Below, piece by piece: positions 36,201 through 47,910 of a stretch of DNA of 64,000 bases. The first letter of the stretch is position 1, and every line of letters starts with the position of its first letter. The notes beneath the pieces were generated by a model, which saw nothing but the letters and a program-made list of their open reading frames with translations, did not search any database and was not told the DNA's origin. Position numbers and translations under genes: made by a program. Source of the stretch: Chrysemys picta bellii (lineage: Eukaryota). The DNA is taken from contig NC_088798.1 of NCBI RefSeq assembly GCF_011386835.1, positions 91,016,001 to 91,080,000 of the forward strand. Direction: 5' to 3'.

Positions 36201-37226
36201 CTAGCTCAGTAAAAGGAGGCGAGCCCAGTACCAGAAACCACCCTTCCAGAAGCAGCAGCAAGACACCTCCCTCACCCTCCTCCTGCACAAGTCATTGCCT
36301 GCTCTCACCCCCTCCCCCGAATGCTGAATGCAGATTTCTAAGATGAAACTCTTCTTCGGACAGCCAGGACTCATCTAAAGGACACAAATATCTGATCATA
36401 AATAGGAGGCGAGCCTGGCGAGCTCAGAAACCCAGACCAACAGGAGCAGCATCAAGAATCTACCCTTCTCCTGCACAGCTCACTCCCCTCTCATTTCCAG
36501 AATACTGACTTTCTGAGATAAAAATCTTACCCCTTCAGTAAGCCAAGACTCCTCTAAAGGACACATACAAAATAGTATATATTATTATTATACACAATAA
36601 AGGCTTACCGAGCAGCAGCAGGGGGGAAAAAAGCCTCCTGCACAATTCACTCCCCCACTGAATGCTAAAATCCTGAGGTAAAATCTTCCCATATTCACAG
36701 CAAGGACTCTTTTGAACAGGAAACAAATATATATTAGATTATATAGAATTTATTAAATTATTCCAGACTTAATTTTTTTTTTCAGCCAAGAGGTGGAGGG
36801 ACCAGACGTCATTGTTTCTCTTTTCCTCTTAACTCATTTATGGCCGAGTCAAGGCTGTTGAGGAGGAAAAAACAGGATAGTTAAAATCTCTTTGTATCTC
36901 TCCCCAGAAGATTTTTCTCTTATTGCTGTGCATTTCCTTTAGGAAAAGGAAACCTCTTATTTTGCTAACCAAAGATTTATTTTTCTTTTCCTTCTAATCA
37001 GAGAAAGGAAACAAACATAAATTGACACACATTAAATATTTAAAGAGATTTATCTTTGAAAGAATCAGAATTTATATCCAAATCAGAAATATCTAAGGAG
37101 TGTGTGGAGGAAGAAACTGGAATATCTAGATTAAAACAAGATATTTGCTAGTTCCTCTTTGGTGGAGGAGGAGAGAAACACTAAACGTTGTTTTTTACAG
37201 GAGAAAATCAATCCTAACTATAATAA
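35547..37226 (+). other. CPEB4: Predicted long CPEB4 5' leader (~1.7 kb) with 8 upstream ATGs forming 7 uORFs
   Basis: uORFs 35749-35874, 35936-36013, 36131-36145, 36321-36341, 36328-36378 (second ATG 36343), 36662-36676, 36840-36884. The TSS is inferred from the Inr-like motif only. Confidence 0.7.
35945..36730 (+). repeat. Five degenerate tandem units (136-196 nt spacing) in the CPEB4 leader
   Basis: CCTGCAC anchors at 35967, 36103, 36282, 36470, 36637; CTGAGGTAAAATC-like anchors at 36005, 36142, 36338, 36513, 36673; shared downstream GACT/GGCT...(T)AAAGG/TGAAGG text. Confidence 0.85.
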
Positions 37227-38351
37227 ATGGGGGATTACGGGTTTGGAGTGTTAGTGCAAAACAACACTGGGAATAAGTCAGCTTTTCCAGTGAGATTTCA
37301 TCCACATCTGCAGCCTCCACACCATCATCAAAATGCAGCCCCCAGCCCTGCTGCTTTTATAAATAACAACACAGCTGCCAATGGCAGTAGTGCTGGGTCA
37401 GCTTGGCTCTTTCCTGCTCCAGCTGCCCATAACATTCAGGATGAGATTCTGGGGTCAGAAAAATCTAAAACTCAGCAACAGGAAAAGCAAGAGTCTCTAG
37501 AAAAACAGCAGCTTTCCCCTAGTCAAAGTCAGGAAGCAGGCATGCTGCCTGAACCTGAGAAAGCTAAATCTGAGGAAAATCAGGGAGACAATTCTTCAGA
37601 GAATGGCAACGGGAAAGAGAAAATAAGAATAGAATCACCAGTGTTAACAGGATTTGATTATCAAGAGGCTTCAGGGCTAGGTACTTCAACTCAGCCCTTA
37701 ACATCCACTGCATCTTCTCTGACTGGTTTTAGTAACTGGTCAGCAGCTATAGCTCCTTCTTCTTCTACAATAATCAATGAAGATGCCAGTTTTTTTCACC
37801 AGGGAGGGGTCCCTGCTGCCTCAGCTAATAATGGTGCTCTGCTGTTTCAGAATTTTCCACATCATGTCAGCCCTGGCTTTGGAGGTAGCTTTTCCCCTCA
37901 GATTGGACCCCTCTCTCAACACCACCCTCATCACCCCCATTTTCAGCATCATCACAATCAGCATCAGCAACAGAGAAGATCACCTGCAAGCCCTCATCCA
38001 CCTCCATTTACACATAGAAATGCTGCTTTTAATCAACTGCCTCATTTGGCTAATAATCTTAACAAACCACCTTCTCCATGGAGCAGCTACCAAAGCCCAT
38101 CACCTACACCATCTTCTTCATGGAGCCCCGGTGGCGGTGGATATGGTGGGTGGGGAGGGTCCCAAGGGCGAGACCACCGCAGGGGACTGAATGGAGGGAT
38201 AACACCCCTGAACTCCATCTCACCCCTGAAGAAGAATTTTGCAAGTAATCATATCCAGTTGCAGAAGTATGCTAGGCCCAGCTCGGCCTTTGCTCCGAAA
38301 TCTTGGATGGAAGATAGTTTGAACAGAGCCGACAACATATTTCCTTTTCAG
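37227..38351 (+). CDS. CPEB4: CPEB4 coding exon 1 (codons 1-375; N-terminal low-complexity region)
   Basis: MGDYGFGVLVQNNTGNKSAFPVRFHPHLQPPHHHQ...KSWMEDSLNRADNIFPFQ closely matches the recalled vertebrate CPEB4 N-terminus; donor CAG|GTGAGA at 38351/38352, phase 0 (1125 nt). Confidence 0.98.
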
Positions 38352-41194
38352 GTGAGATTCTACTCTGCTAATATACATGGAAAAAATGATTTGATTTAAT
38401 TTTTATAGAAACGATAAGGGTTTTTTTTGTTTTTTACAATATAATTCAATTATCAGACTTGCATGGTTGAAAATGAATTTAATTGAAATAAAGTGAACAT
38501 GTTTAACTTGTAATTCACCCTGTGACTTTTCAGTCTTCATGATCTCTGAGCTGTGAATCATGTATTTTTTTTCAATAGTGCTTGTCAGATAAATATCTAT
38601 TTATAGCCCAGCGGGACATCTATTAAAGTTCAGTTCCATCGTGGTAATTAACATTACACGCAGTAAGCAATAACAGTTGGTGAACAAATGTTTCTGCTTT
38701 TTTAAAAATAACATAAAAAGGAGTGAAAAAATGAAATATTTTTTTTACTTTAACACTTATATCATTTCCAAATAGTTAAAATCTTGCACTATACCTTGAG
38801 AACAAGCATTCAGTAATCCTTAAATCTGTCGTCTGCCTTGCGTTGCAAAATAGTTCATGGATTTGCATTGTGACATGACTTAAATATTTTTTTTAGATTT
38901 TTTTTCCCCCCTGTACAATCGAAATTACTAATCTGATTTATTTTATTTTTTTGTAGTGAACTGCATAACGTTTTTTTCACCAGCAATGGTAACAAATATT
39001 GGTTAAACAATATTAAATCTTTACTAAAAATAGATCTGGACTGGTCAGTTGTTGGCCTGCACTGTGCTACACCTTATACTGTCAGGAGGCAGGTTGTCTG
39101 ACTTTTCAGATTCATGAGAAACATATCTAGTTTGTGGAGGTTAAAATTAGCTATCTGATATTGATCCAGATATACAATCAACATTTGGATGGTAATAGTT
39201 GTCTCTGTATCTGACCACTAGTTAAGACCTAGCTTGGTAGCTTTCATATGTTTAAAAAAGACCTCATAAGGTGGATCCATAACACAAGGTTCCTTAATGT
39301 CTAGTGGCTTGTTTTTCAGGATCTTCAGACAAGGGCAAAAGTAAAGATTGCAAAATGATTGCAGTATTTCTAGCCATGGTGTAAGAAGCAGGATGACCTA
39401 CTTTTACGTAATTTGGGGATGAAAGATCAGTAGATTAGAAGAACCTCAGAACATTTGTCATGGTAACTACAAACCCACAAAGAAAATATATTTAGATCTA
39501 TAATGACCTTGTAGAATCAGAGGGAGGATCAATTCATTTCCCCTTGGTAAATTATTCAGTTTGTTTGGTTTACAGGGCCTATGCAGCCTTCTGAAAACAG
39601 CAGCAGCTGCTGGCAATACCTTTCATTAAGGATTTCTTTTTACTGCAGAATCACTAGCAGTTTAAACATCAGGTAGAGTCCGTACCCTTGGACTGCATGG
39701 CAATAATAGATCTTAATTTTAAGAGTTGGAAATAATATAAAGAACTGGTGTCCAATATACCAAATTCATACACTCAGACCATTAGCAAAGAGACACAGCT
39801 GGAGTTGGTCTTTTTTCAGCCTCACTGCAGCAAGACTTGGCTTGCTGTTTAATTCATTCTGTACCCTGACACGTAGCTGATGTACAGAGTGACAGAATGA
39901 GATCAAGTGTGTACTTGGTGCCGCATTTAAGGCCCAAATGTATATGTACTGATAGAAATGTGCTCCTTTTGGTATTGAGGAAATTAACAAAGCTAAATGA
40001 TTCCTGAGTGTGGCTTTTGTATTATGTTCTAAATCTCAAAATATGTCTGATATTTTATCATGGCTAAATATAATTTCTACACAACATACTGGTGTCTGTT
40101 TATGTAAACAGTAAGATGAAGGTATATATGTCAAGACCATGTCTGACACTTCTTCATGCCAGGAAAAGGAAAGTGTTGGAGTGAAATGCTTTCCAGTCTC
40201 TTACTATCAGTTATGTTCTGTGATGAACAAGAAAAGGGCAGGGCAGCAAAACAGGACTCCAGCACTGCAGATCCAGAAAAGATGTTGATGATTTTCCTGA
40301 CCATTTTGGGTAATTGCTTTTTATAACATTTGTGGTGTGAAATCCTTAATACCTTTGTGATCATTTTAAAAGGTGACTTCAGTTCTGAGAACACTGGGGA
40401 AAAAATTATGTAAAATTTGGCCATAGGTTTTTGTTATGCTGGATGTAGGGTTCAGATTGTATTCTTGTGTCAAATCAGTCATGAGGATTTTTGCTTATGA
40501 TGGAATACGTGAATGTAGTTGCACATATATGTAGTGTCCTTGAGGAGGCAATCATGTTTTGTCTGAGACTTTCGTTACCAGAATCTTCTTAGATTGGTAC
40601 CAAAATCTACCTTTGCTGCTGAAACAGAATGGAGGTATTTGATTAACTGTGACTGTTCCTGGTTCTCCCTTTCATTTAACATTTATTTTCTTATTTAAAT
40701 CTGTTCATGAGTGTTGCTCTCATATTATGAGAATTAGCTTATTTAGAATGCAAGAGTATGGAAGAAGAAACACGAATCTTTGAGAATGTGATTTTTAGAA
40801 AAGGTATCTTTACTCAAAAGCTTAGTGAAATACAAAAGTACATATTGGAGCATATCTTGTGACAGAGATCCTATAGCAGCCGTACCTAAATGCTCATTTT
40901 TTATTGACGAGTGTTGCATATGTCTGTGTAAATAACTTACGTGAACAAATGTTGATTTTAATTGTTTTTCCCTCATGACTCTTAATGACTTGCCATGAGA
41001 CAAAAATCCCTAATTTTTGTAGATAAAAATAGGGATGATTTCTTGTGTTGATTCGCTTGGTATTTTTGTAACAGCAAAGGTAGCTCATTCGGTATTGTGG
41101 TGGCCATGTACAAATTGGTTTGGTGTTTGTGATGCCTAGTAGTTCTATAGTACTACTCGTTTGAGGGTCTCAAAGTCTCAGAGCACAACTTGGG

Positions 41195-41340
41195 AGTAGA
41201 CAAGATCCTCTTCTTACAGTTGGGGGATCCAAGGCACAGGAGGTTGAGTGACTTGCCCAAGATCAGCTGGTAGAGCAGTAAACAAAACCTAGATATTTTT
41301 ACTCCTCATCTTGTGCTTTTACTACTATACAAAGCTTCCT
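41195..41340 (-). mobile_element. MIR-like fragment
   Basis: TTACAG..GGGGGATCCAAGGCACAGGAGGTTGAGTGACTTGCCCAAGATCA. Confidence 0.7.
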
Positions 41341-44309
41341 CTCAATTAAAGCAGTTAAATCTGTTGTTTAAAAAAATTAACTAATTCCTTATTTTTTTTT
41401 TTTTAGCTTTTCAGAATTACAGACTTACAAGAGATCTGTTTCAAAAGAGCAAAGCCACAATTTGTCGTCATCCTTTGACCTCTCATTTGGAAAGTTGCTA
41501 GTTTTCAAAAGAATAAACTGTGCTCTTGAAAAGGGAAATGGCAGGTTCTTAGTTATAGTAACCTTCCATAGACATCTGATCAAATGAGTGAGTGGACCTA
41601 CCTTGTAATATGAGGGATTTTCAAAAAACAATTGCTCTCAATTTTCCTCCCTGCGACACTGAAAGTTTAGCAGCTCAATGGGATGGTGAATTGTCAGTAA
41701 TTGAACTGCGCACTGCAGCATTGTCCTCAGGATTGTACAGACTTTCCTCTTGCTACATACTTGCACGTTTAAAAAGACGAGCACTCTGCTTGTTAGGCAA
41801 TCTATAAATCTTGCTTTGATAGGCATTTCCAGGTTTCAAGCGCTCATCTTCAAACATGTGAGGATGTTTGTAGAATCAGTCCTTGAAGGCACTAACAAGT
41901 TGAGCAATAGTGCTCAGCTTTCTGTAAAAAGTACTCAGACAAATTTCTGCATAGCTTCTTTGACTAGGACATGAAAATAAAAATTCAAATTGCCCATTTC
42001 ATATAACTTTACACTTGTGGGCAGTTCACTGAATTCACTTGCTCAAAATGTTTTTTTTCTCCCCAGAGAAAGGCCTCCAGACATTTAACCCCATCCCAAT
42101 CCATGGAGGTTCTGTGCCAAGGGGGCTTTCTCTTCCCCAAGGTAGATGTGGAATGTTTGTGAAAACACACATGATTACTGTAGTGTAAAATTAAAACTCC
42201 CTTCTGTAATCTGTTTGTACACAAAAATCCTGACTATATTGATAAGTGTATTAAAACAGTCCCATTCATAAAGCATTTTAGAACTAAAAATATTCTGTTA
42301 CATGCATTTGTCAACCTTTCATCATAAAGGAATCTTGCTAATCTAATGGTCTTTAGTTTGCTCACTTCAGGATTTTGATTTATATATTTTTTTTATTGTT
42401 CTGAAGGAGCCTCTTGAGAGACTGAGAGCTGGTTGCATAAAATGATGAGGCAACCTGTTTTGTTGAAAAGGTTTACTTTTATTCTATCAGTAGGTTTTAT
42501 TCCATAAAGTTAATATTTTAGATTAAAATACATGTATTTGGGTTTTTTAAATACCTGCTTACCCATTTTCTATAACTATATCCACTGCATAGTAACTAGT
42601 GTTTTGTATGCCATCCCCCAACTGATTTAGCTATTGGTCTGTGGAATTAAAAGCAGTATAATGTGGTATGACATACACAATTTAAGTACTGTGGAAGTTA
42701 ACACTGTTCTTGTTTTATAAACTTACTACTGACGTTTATACTTAGGCTTCAGCCCTCCTGCATATTTCTGACCTCAGGGATTTTTTAAAAAGAGGGCCTT
42801 TGTTAGGAAGCTATTTGAATTATGTTTCCTAAGATTAAAAGAAGGAATCTTATTAAGCATTTTTCTTTGAAAATGAATTGCGTACACAGCAGGGTAGCAC
42901 GGAGCAGAGAACATTGGGTAGTGTACAGTAGTAGACGCATAAAGAGGTTTATGTGCAGCAGAAGTGGGCTCAGGCATGTTATTTGAAATTTATAGACAGG
43001 ACAGTGACTCTTCTTGATATTTAAAAACTCTTTCAGTTTGACAGAGCTTAAGAGCTTTTGTGGGAGTGAGCACTTTTGATTCACTTGAGTTTTCCAGCTT
43101 TCATCTTACTCTTCCTGGTGAAGCTATAAAAAATGATCAGATCAGCATACAGAAACATCCGTTCAGGAAAAACCTGTTTATTCAGTGCCTTGTTAATTCA
43201 GCGGTTACTGGATTGGGAGTTGGAAGACACCACTTACTGGGAGGGCTGGGTGGGGTGTATATAGCAGCTGAGTTAAGCTTCATCATTCTACTTCAGTATG
43301 AAATAAAAATGTGGAATTAATGTCCACTGCCTAAGGCTACCAAGACACTTGACTAAGTGTTAGGGACTCCTGGATATAGAGTTACTAGAAACTATAAAGG
43401 CAAACATAAAGAAATAAACAGGCTTTGGTTTATAATAGTAAATATTTACTTTACAGCTATGACACCAGTTATTTAAATTATGGTAACTAGGACAAGTTTT
43501 CAGAAAGCTTCAAACCTCCAAAGCACATACAGTGAATAGGAATTAGAGCCAATCTTTCTACAATTATAGTATGCAGCAATTCTGCAAAGGAAGGTTCTCC
43601 AAAGAACTAAACCATATATATTGAATAGAATTGATAGTAAAGTATGATATATGCAACTATGCTTGCCCCATAAATACTGCTTAATCATCATCTTCAATAA
43701 ATTGCTTAAATCAACAGTTTACTTTGCATCATTATAGATGCCTGACTCTTCAAAAAATTCACATTTTGTAATATTGGGCACAGCCTTTGCTACAAGCAAA
43801 TTGTCACACCCAGGCAGGCTTTGATTTTATACTGTTTGGCTTTCATAGCATTGGCAGACTATGGCTGTGATTGCCTCATCTTGGGACGCATTGAATAGAA
43901 ACTCTCAGTTTCTGGAGTCTTAATTGGTCAGGCGATACTGATGGCATGGGTACAGATTAAATGTAGTTAGGCCTGTACTTCAGTGGTTGAATCCAGATCA
44001 ACTGTCTGTGAAGCTCAGGAGAGTTTAGATCTAAGGTTTTGGTTCAGCTCCATGCTGAACATTCTCTTCCATGGCATCAAGTTTTCATGTTCAATTTCCA
44101 GTGCATATAGTTTCACAATATGAACTATACATAATTTATTCTAAATGTTTTTATTTTGTATGGGTCCCTTTGGACTTCAAGAAGGGAAGAAGATGGATCT
44201 TATGGAATCAGAATTGTATGACTTAATGGTTTCCTACTTATAAGCATCTCCATTTTAAACTTTGTCCTTACATAGTACCTGTCAACCATAGATTTCAAAT
44301 TACTTAAAA

Positions 44310-44445
44310 TATTCTTTATAGATAGATGTGGGGAGAACACGGGACACAGAGGTTAAGTGACTTGCCCAAATTCACATGAGTCAGTGGCAGAGTTGAGACT
44401 AGAATCCGGGAGTTCATCTCTCAATCCTTAACCACTAGATCACAT
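44310..44445 (-). mobile_element. MIR-like fragment
   Basis: GACACAGAGGTTAAGTGACTTGCCCAAATTCACATGAGTCAGTGGCAGAG...CTTAACCACTAG. Confidence 0.75.
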
Positions 44446-45989
44446 GATCATGGTTACAGTATGTATTTTGAAATTATTTCTAGGCAGCATGAAGGAAACA
44501 GACCAGCAATTCCATTTCCTTTTTAGAGTGATTTGGCCAGATCTTTGCATAAAGTTCACTGGTATAGAATATCAGCGCTGTATTAATTGGGTGTGGCCTG
44601 CTAAATATTACCTTTCTATAATTAGTCTTCTAAGCAATGCTGTTTTTATATAAATTCCACTATTTCTTACAGCATGTAAATGTTGATACCTTAAAAGCAG
44701 CCTTTTGTATTGGGACTATAATTTGATTCTCATTAGGATCTTATTTCTCAAAGTCCTTTTTTGCCAAAGGTAAATATGCTTGTCCTTTGAGCCCTCCTAC
44801 AAAGCAAAAGTTCAGATACCCTAATACAAACTCTTGAAATGCAAAGTTCTTCTTGGGATCAATTTAGGTAAGCAATATCAGCCACCAGCTAACATGTCTA
44901 TAGCTATATAGACATTTTACTTTCTTTTGGGTGATCATTATCCCTATATCCATTCTTTCTCATTCATATATTTATTACACACAGATCACTAGTAGGATTC
45001 CCCTGGGGCCACTGCCAATGTCACTCAGTGAATTGGGCCATTTAGAAAACAACACCATGCTGTGGGATGAATCTCCCTCCCCACTGTATGCTTGAAAGAA
45101 GAACTACTCATTTTTGCTGATCACAGCATAGTGAACATTCATATGCTTCTCAAAGACCAACTTTTCCCCATATTTGGTTACCGAGTTAAAAATCAGTGCT
45201 TAATATTTACATGTTACAGCAGTAATGTTAAAGCAGTATTCAGTGTACAGTTACATGTCTCTTTGGCAAGATGGCCACCAATGCTAGTCTCACATGTTAA
45301 TTTTTATCATTTTCAGATAAAGTACTTCTTGGTTTGTTTGCTGACCACCATGTGAACTTTTAGAACACTGCTCTGAGCAAAACTGGTGCTGTTTTCTTTT
45401 AAGTAATTGAGGATCGAATATCTTAATAGAGAAATTCTACTAAAAATAAAAATGTGTTCATGGTGCTTGTCTCTCTTCAGGCCATTGTACTATCCTGATA
45501 CTTAGCCTGACAAATTGTTAATGGACCTCTCTGCACAGTGAACCAAATTTGCTGATATAAACACTGTGCAAGCTCACTGAAAATTGATGAGGTTTCAGAG
45601 TAGTCAGCACAGATTTAGGTCTCTATTCAGGAATCTGGGAGCCCTGTGATATCTGTTCTTTTCAGAATAGGCACCATCTACAATTGATTGAATAAACAAA
45701 GTACTGGGATTCACCCAGTAGTTCCAAAAAGTAAGTAAATCAATAAAATATTTGCTCTATCCACTTCAGGGATAAATCTGCTTTTCTGGTTTTATGCCTT
45801 GTTGCTGCCCTCTGGGTTCAAGGTGCTATGTGTATTTCTAGGCTAGTCTATCCTACCCAATGTACGGTAAATAATACATAATACAGGGTGGACAAAATGC
45901 TCATAATTGTGCAAACTGGCAAATGACATGCTGCGTTTTGAATGTCTTGCAGGTGATTGAGAAGTCATGCTGAAAGAAAATTGCAATTA

Positions 45990-46620
45990 AATAGCACTCA
46001 GGAAACATGGGTTGCTGTTGTGAGTGTGTCATAGTATAAATAGGGACATAGTCTGCTTAAATTCTGCAATTGGACAATAGCATCAGATGTCATGAAATAA
46101 AGTATTTGTACTGGGCTTGCCACCATAGTAACTGAGCAACTTAGATTATGATAACTAGAGTAGAGTATTGGTCTAGCTTCTACATTTTCACTAATAAGTG
46201 GTGCTTTGTGGCAGGCACATGATGCTAAGATGCATATTAACTTGGTTTGTGGCCTTTTAATGAATGCCCTCAATAAGCAGGGACCCCGAGGAGCAAATTT
46301 TTTCAAATGTCCCAGTAGCAAGACTTGTGTTTTCCCAGGATTGAGGCTCAGGCAACTCAATGCCTTAAGCTGACTAGGCCATTAGGCATTCCCTCAGGCC
46401 TGAGAAAAAAATTGCTTATCAGTTGTATATTGAGAATGCTCTAGATTGTTTAGAAATCTCATCGTGACATATGACTGAATGTGGAGGATAAGGGCCTCTT
46501 GGAATTCAGCATTTTGTATCACCCAGACTCTTCCGTCATCTAGGTACGACTGGAACCACGAGAGGGTGGCGAGGATGAGGCTCTGAACGTTTCAGAATCG
46601 TCTGCACCCTTCCATTGTGA
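45990..46620 (-). mobile_element. Ancient L2/CR1-clade LINE reverse-transcriptase remnant
   Basis: Minus-strand motifs in the expected order: LSWFQSYL, C*IPRG (cf. CGVPQG), QYTTDKQ (cf. QYADDTQ), CLSLNPGKTQVLLLG (cf. LKLNPDKTE). Confidence 0.65.
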
Positions 46621-47627
46621 ATAATCCATTAATGGTGGCTACCAATGGGAACACAGCCACGTAACTTTATTTGGTAATCAAGATGAGCATGGTTTAGAAC
46701 TGCGGGTGGGGAACCTTGGGAAGCTGAGCTTATAAGACATGGATATCCTCATTAAAAAATCATGTATCGTAAAGGGGGAGAATAAATGGGGCATGTCATT
46801 AAAAATGGAACAGGTAGAAAGTGAGCAGGCTCAGGGAAAATTTCCATTAAAGAATCTAGTTGTCCCTTTGAGGGAATTTCCAGTTTATTCCCTCTTTCTT
46901 CTCCCTTATATATGATTAAATACTGTCTCTGTTCTGAATGCCAAACACTGCCCCCCCCCCCCACTCACATTCCAACTGATGAATGCAAATCCCTCTCTGT
47001 GACATTCAATAATATAACATAATCTCAGCACAACACTAAAAATTTAGGGGAGAGAAGTTATTTTGGGGCTGACCCTACGGTTTGTTGGCAGCATTGCATG
47101 CAAAATAACATACAGAAGCTGCCTGGCAGTATTCTTCCCATTAAATGTTTGCCAGATAACTGAGATGTCATTGACAGCGTGGCAGCTGAAGGGTCTGCAA
47201 GCTCCTGAAATTCCATGCTCCCCCTGTTGTGAGATAGGAGCAGTGGCAGATGCACACAAGGGAGCTTCCAGCTGCTTCAATATTGGTGAGGCTGAGTTCT
47301 AGATCTATTGCTAAAGAGAGATTCAAAAAACGAAATAAGGTACAGAACAGAAAGAAATACATAGTGAGAAATGTTGAGAGATTGGAAAGTGCTACAATAC
47401 ATTTAAAAACAAAGAGTCCCCCTCCCCCTAAAAAAGACCCCACCCCCACACAAACAAAAACAGTCCTGAATGGAAGCAATACAGACAGTTTGAAAATTTA
47501 GAGATAATGTCTGCCTTTAGTCATTTCTGACTTGCATGGATTATACCTATTCCCATTCAAGTCAATAAGGATAAGGAACACCTTTTTACCTCTGTAAACT
47601 ATTCAAATTGATTTCATGGAAATGTAA

Positions 47628-47910
47628 GGCTTATCTAGTATCTTATCTATATAGTGCTGCAGTGGCACAACTGCACCAGTGCAGCTGCACTGCTGTAGTG
47701 CTTAGTGAAGAGGCTGACGGGAAAGCTTTTCTTGTCGGCCTAGGTACTCCACATCCCTGAGAGGGAGAAGAGCTGGAAGAAGCCCTCCTGATGATATGGC
47801 ACGTCTACACCAGGAGTTAGGTCAGTGTAACTGTCACTCACGGGTGTGGATTTTCTACACTGTTGAGTGCTGTAATTATACCAACATAAGTTTGTAGTGC
47901 AGACCAGGGC
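47628..47910. mobile_element. Harbinger-like MITE (TCTACACT family), degenerate
   Basis: Internal ACGTCTACACCAGG and terminal TTTGTAGTGCAGACCAGGGC; GCAGTG..ACTGCACCAGTGCAGCTGCAC palindromes. Confidence 0.6.

Noticed and set aside
34824-36346. Long overlapping ORFs in the promoter region (e.g. 244 aa +, 278 aa -)
   Set aside because: Stop-poor GC-rich CpG island on both strands; low-complexity G/P/R/A translations with no recognisable domain.
37777-38190. 137-aa alternative-frame ORF inside exon 1
   Set aside because: Expected by-product of His/Pro/Ser/Gln codon usage; no independent support.
37227-38399. The 390-aa ORF as the complete gene product
   Set aside because: CPEB4 similarity ends at FPFQ, exactly at a consensus donor, and continues in frame in exon 2. 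The last 15 aa are intronic read-through, kept only as the intronic-polyadenylation hypothesis.
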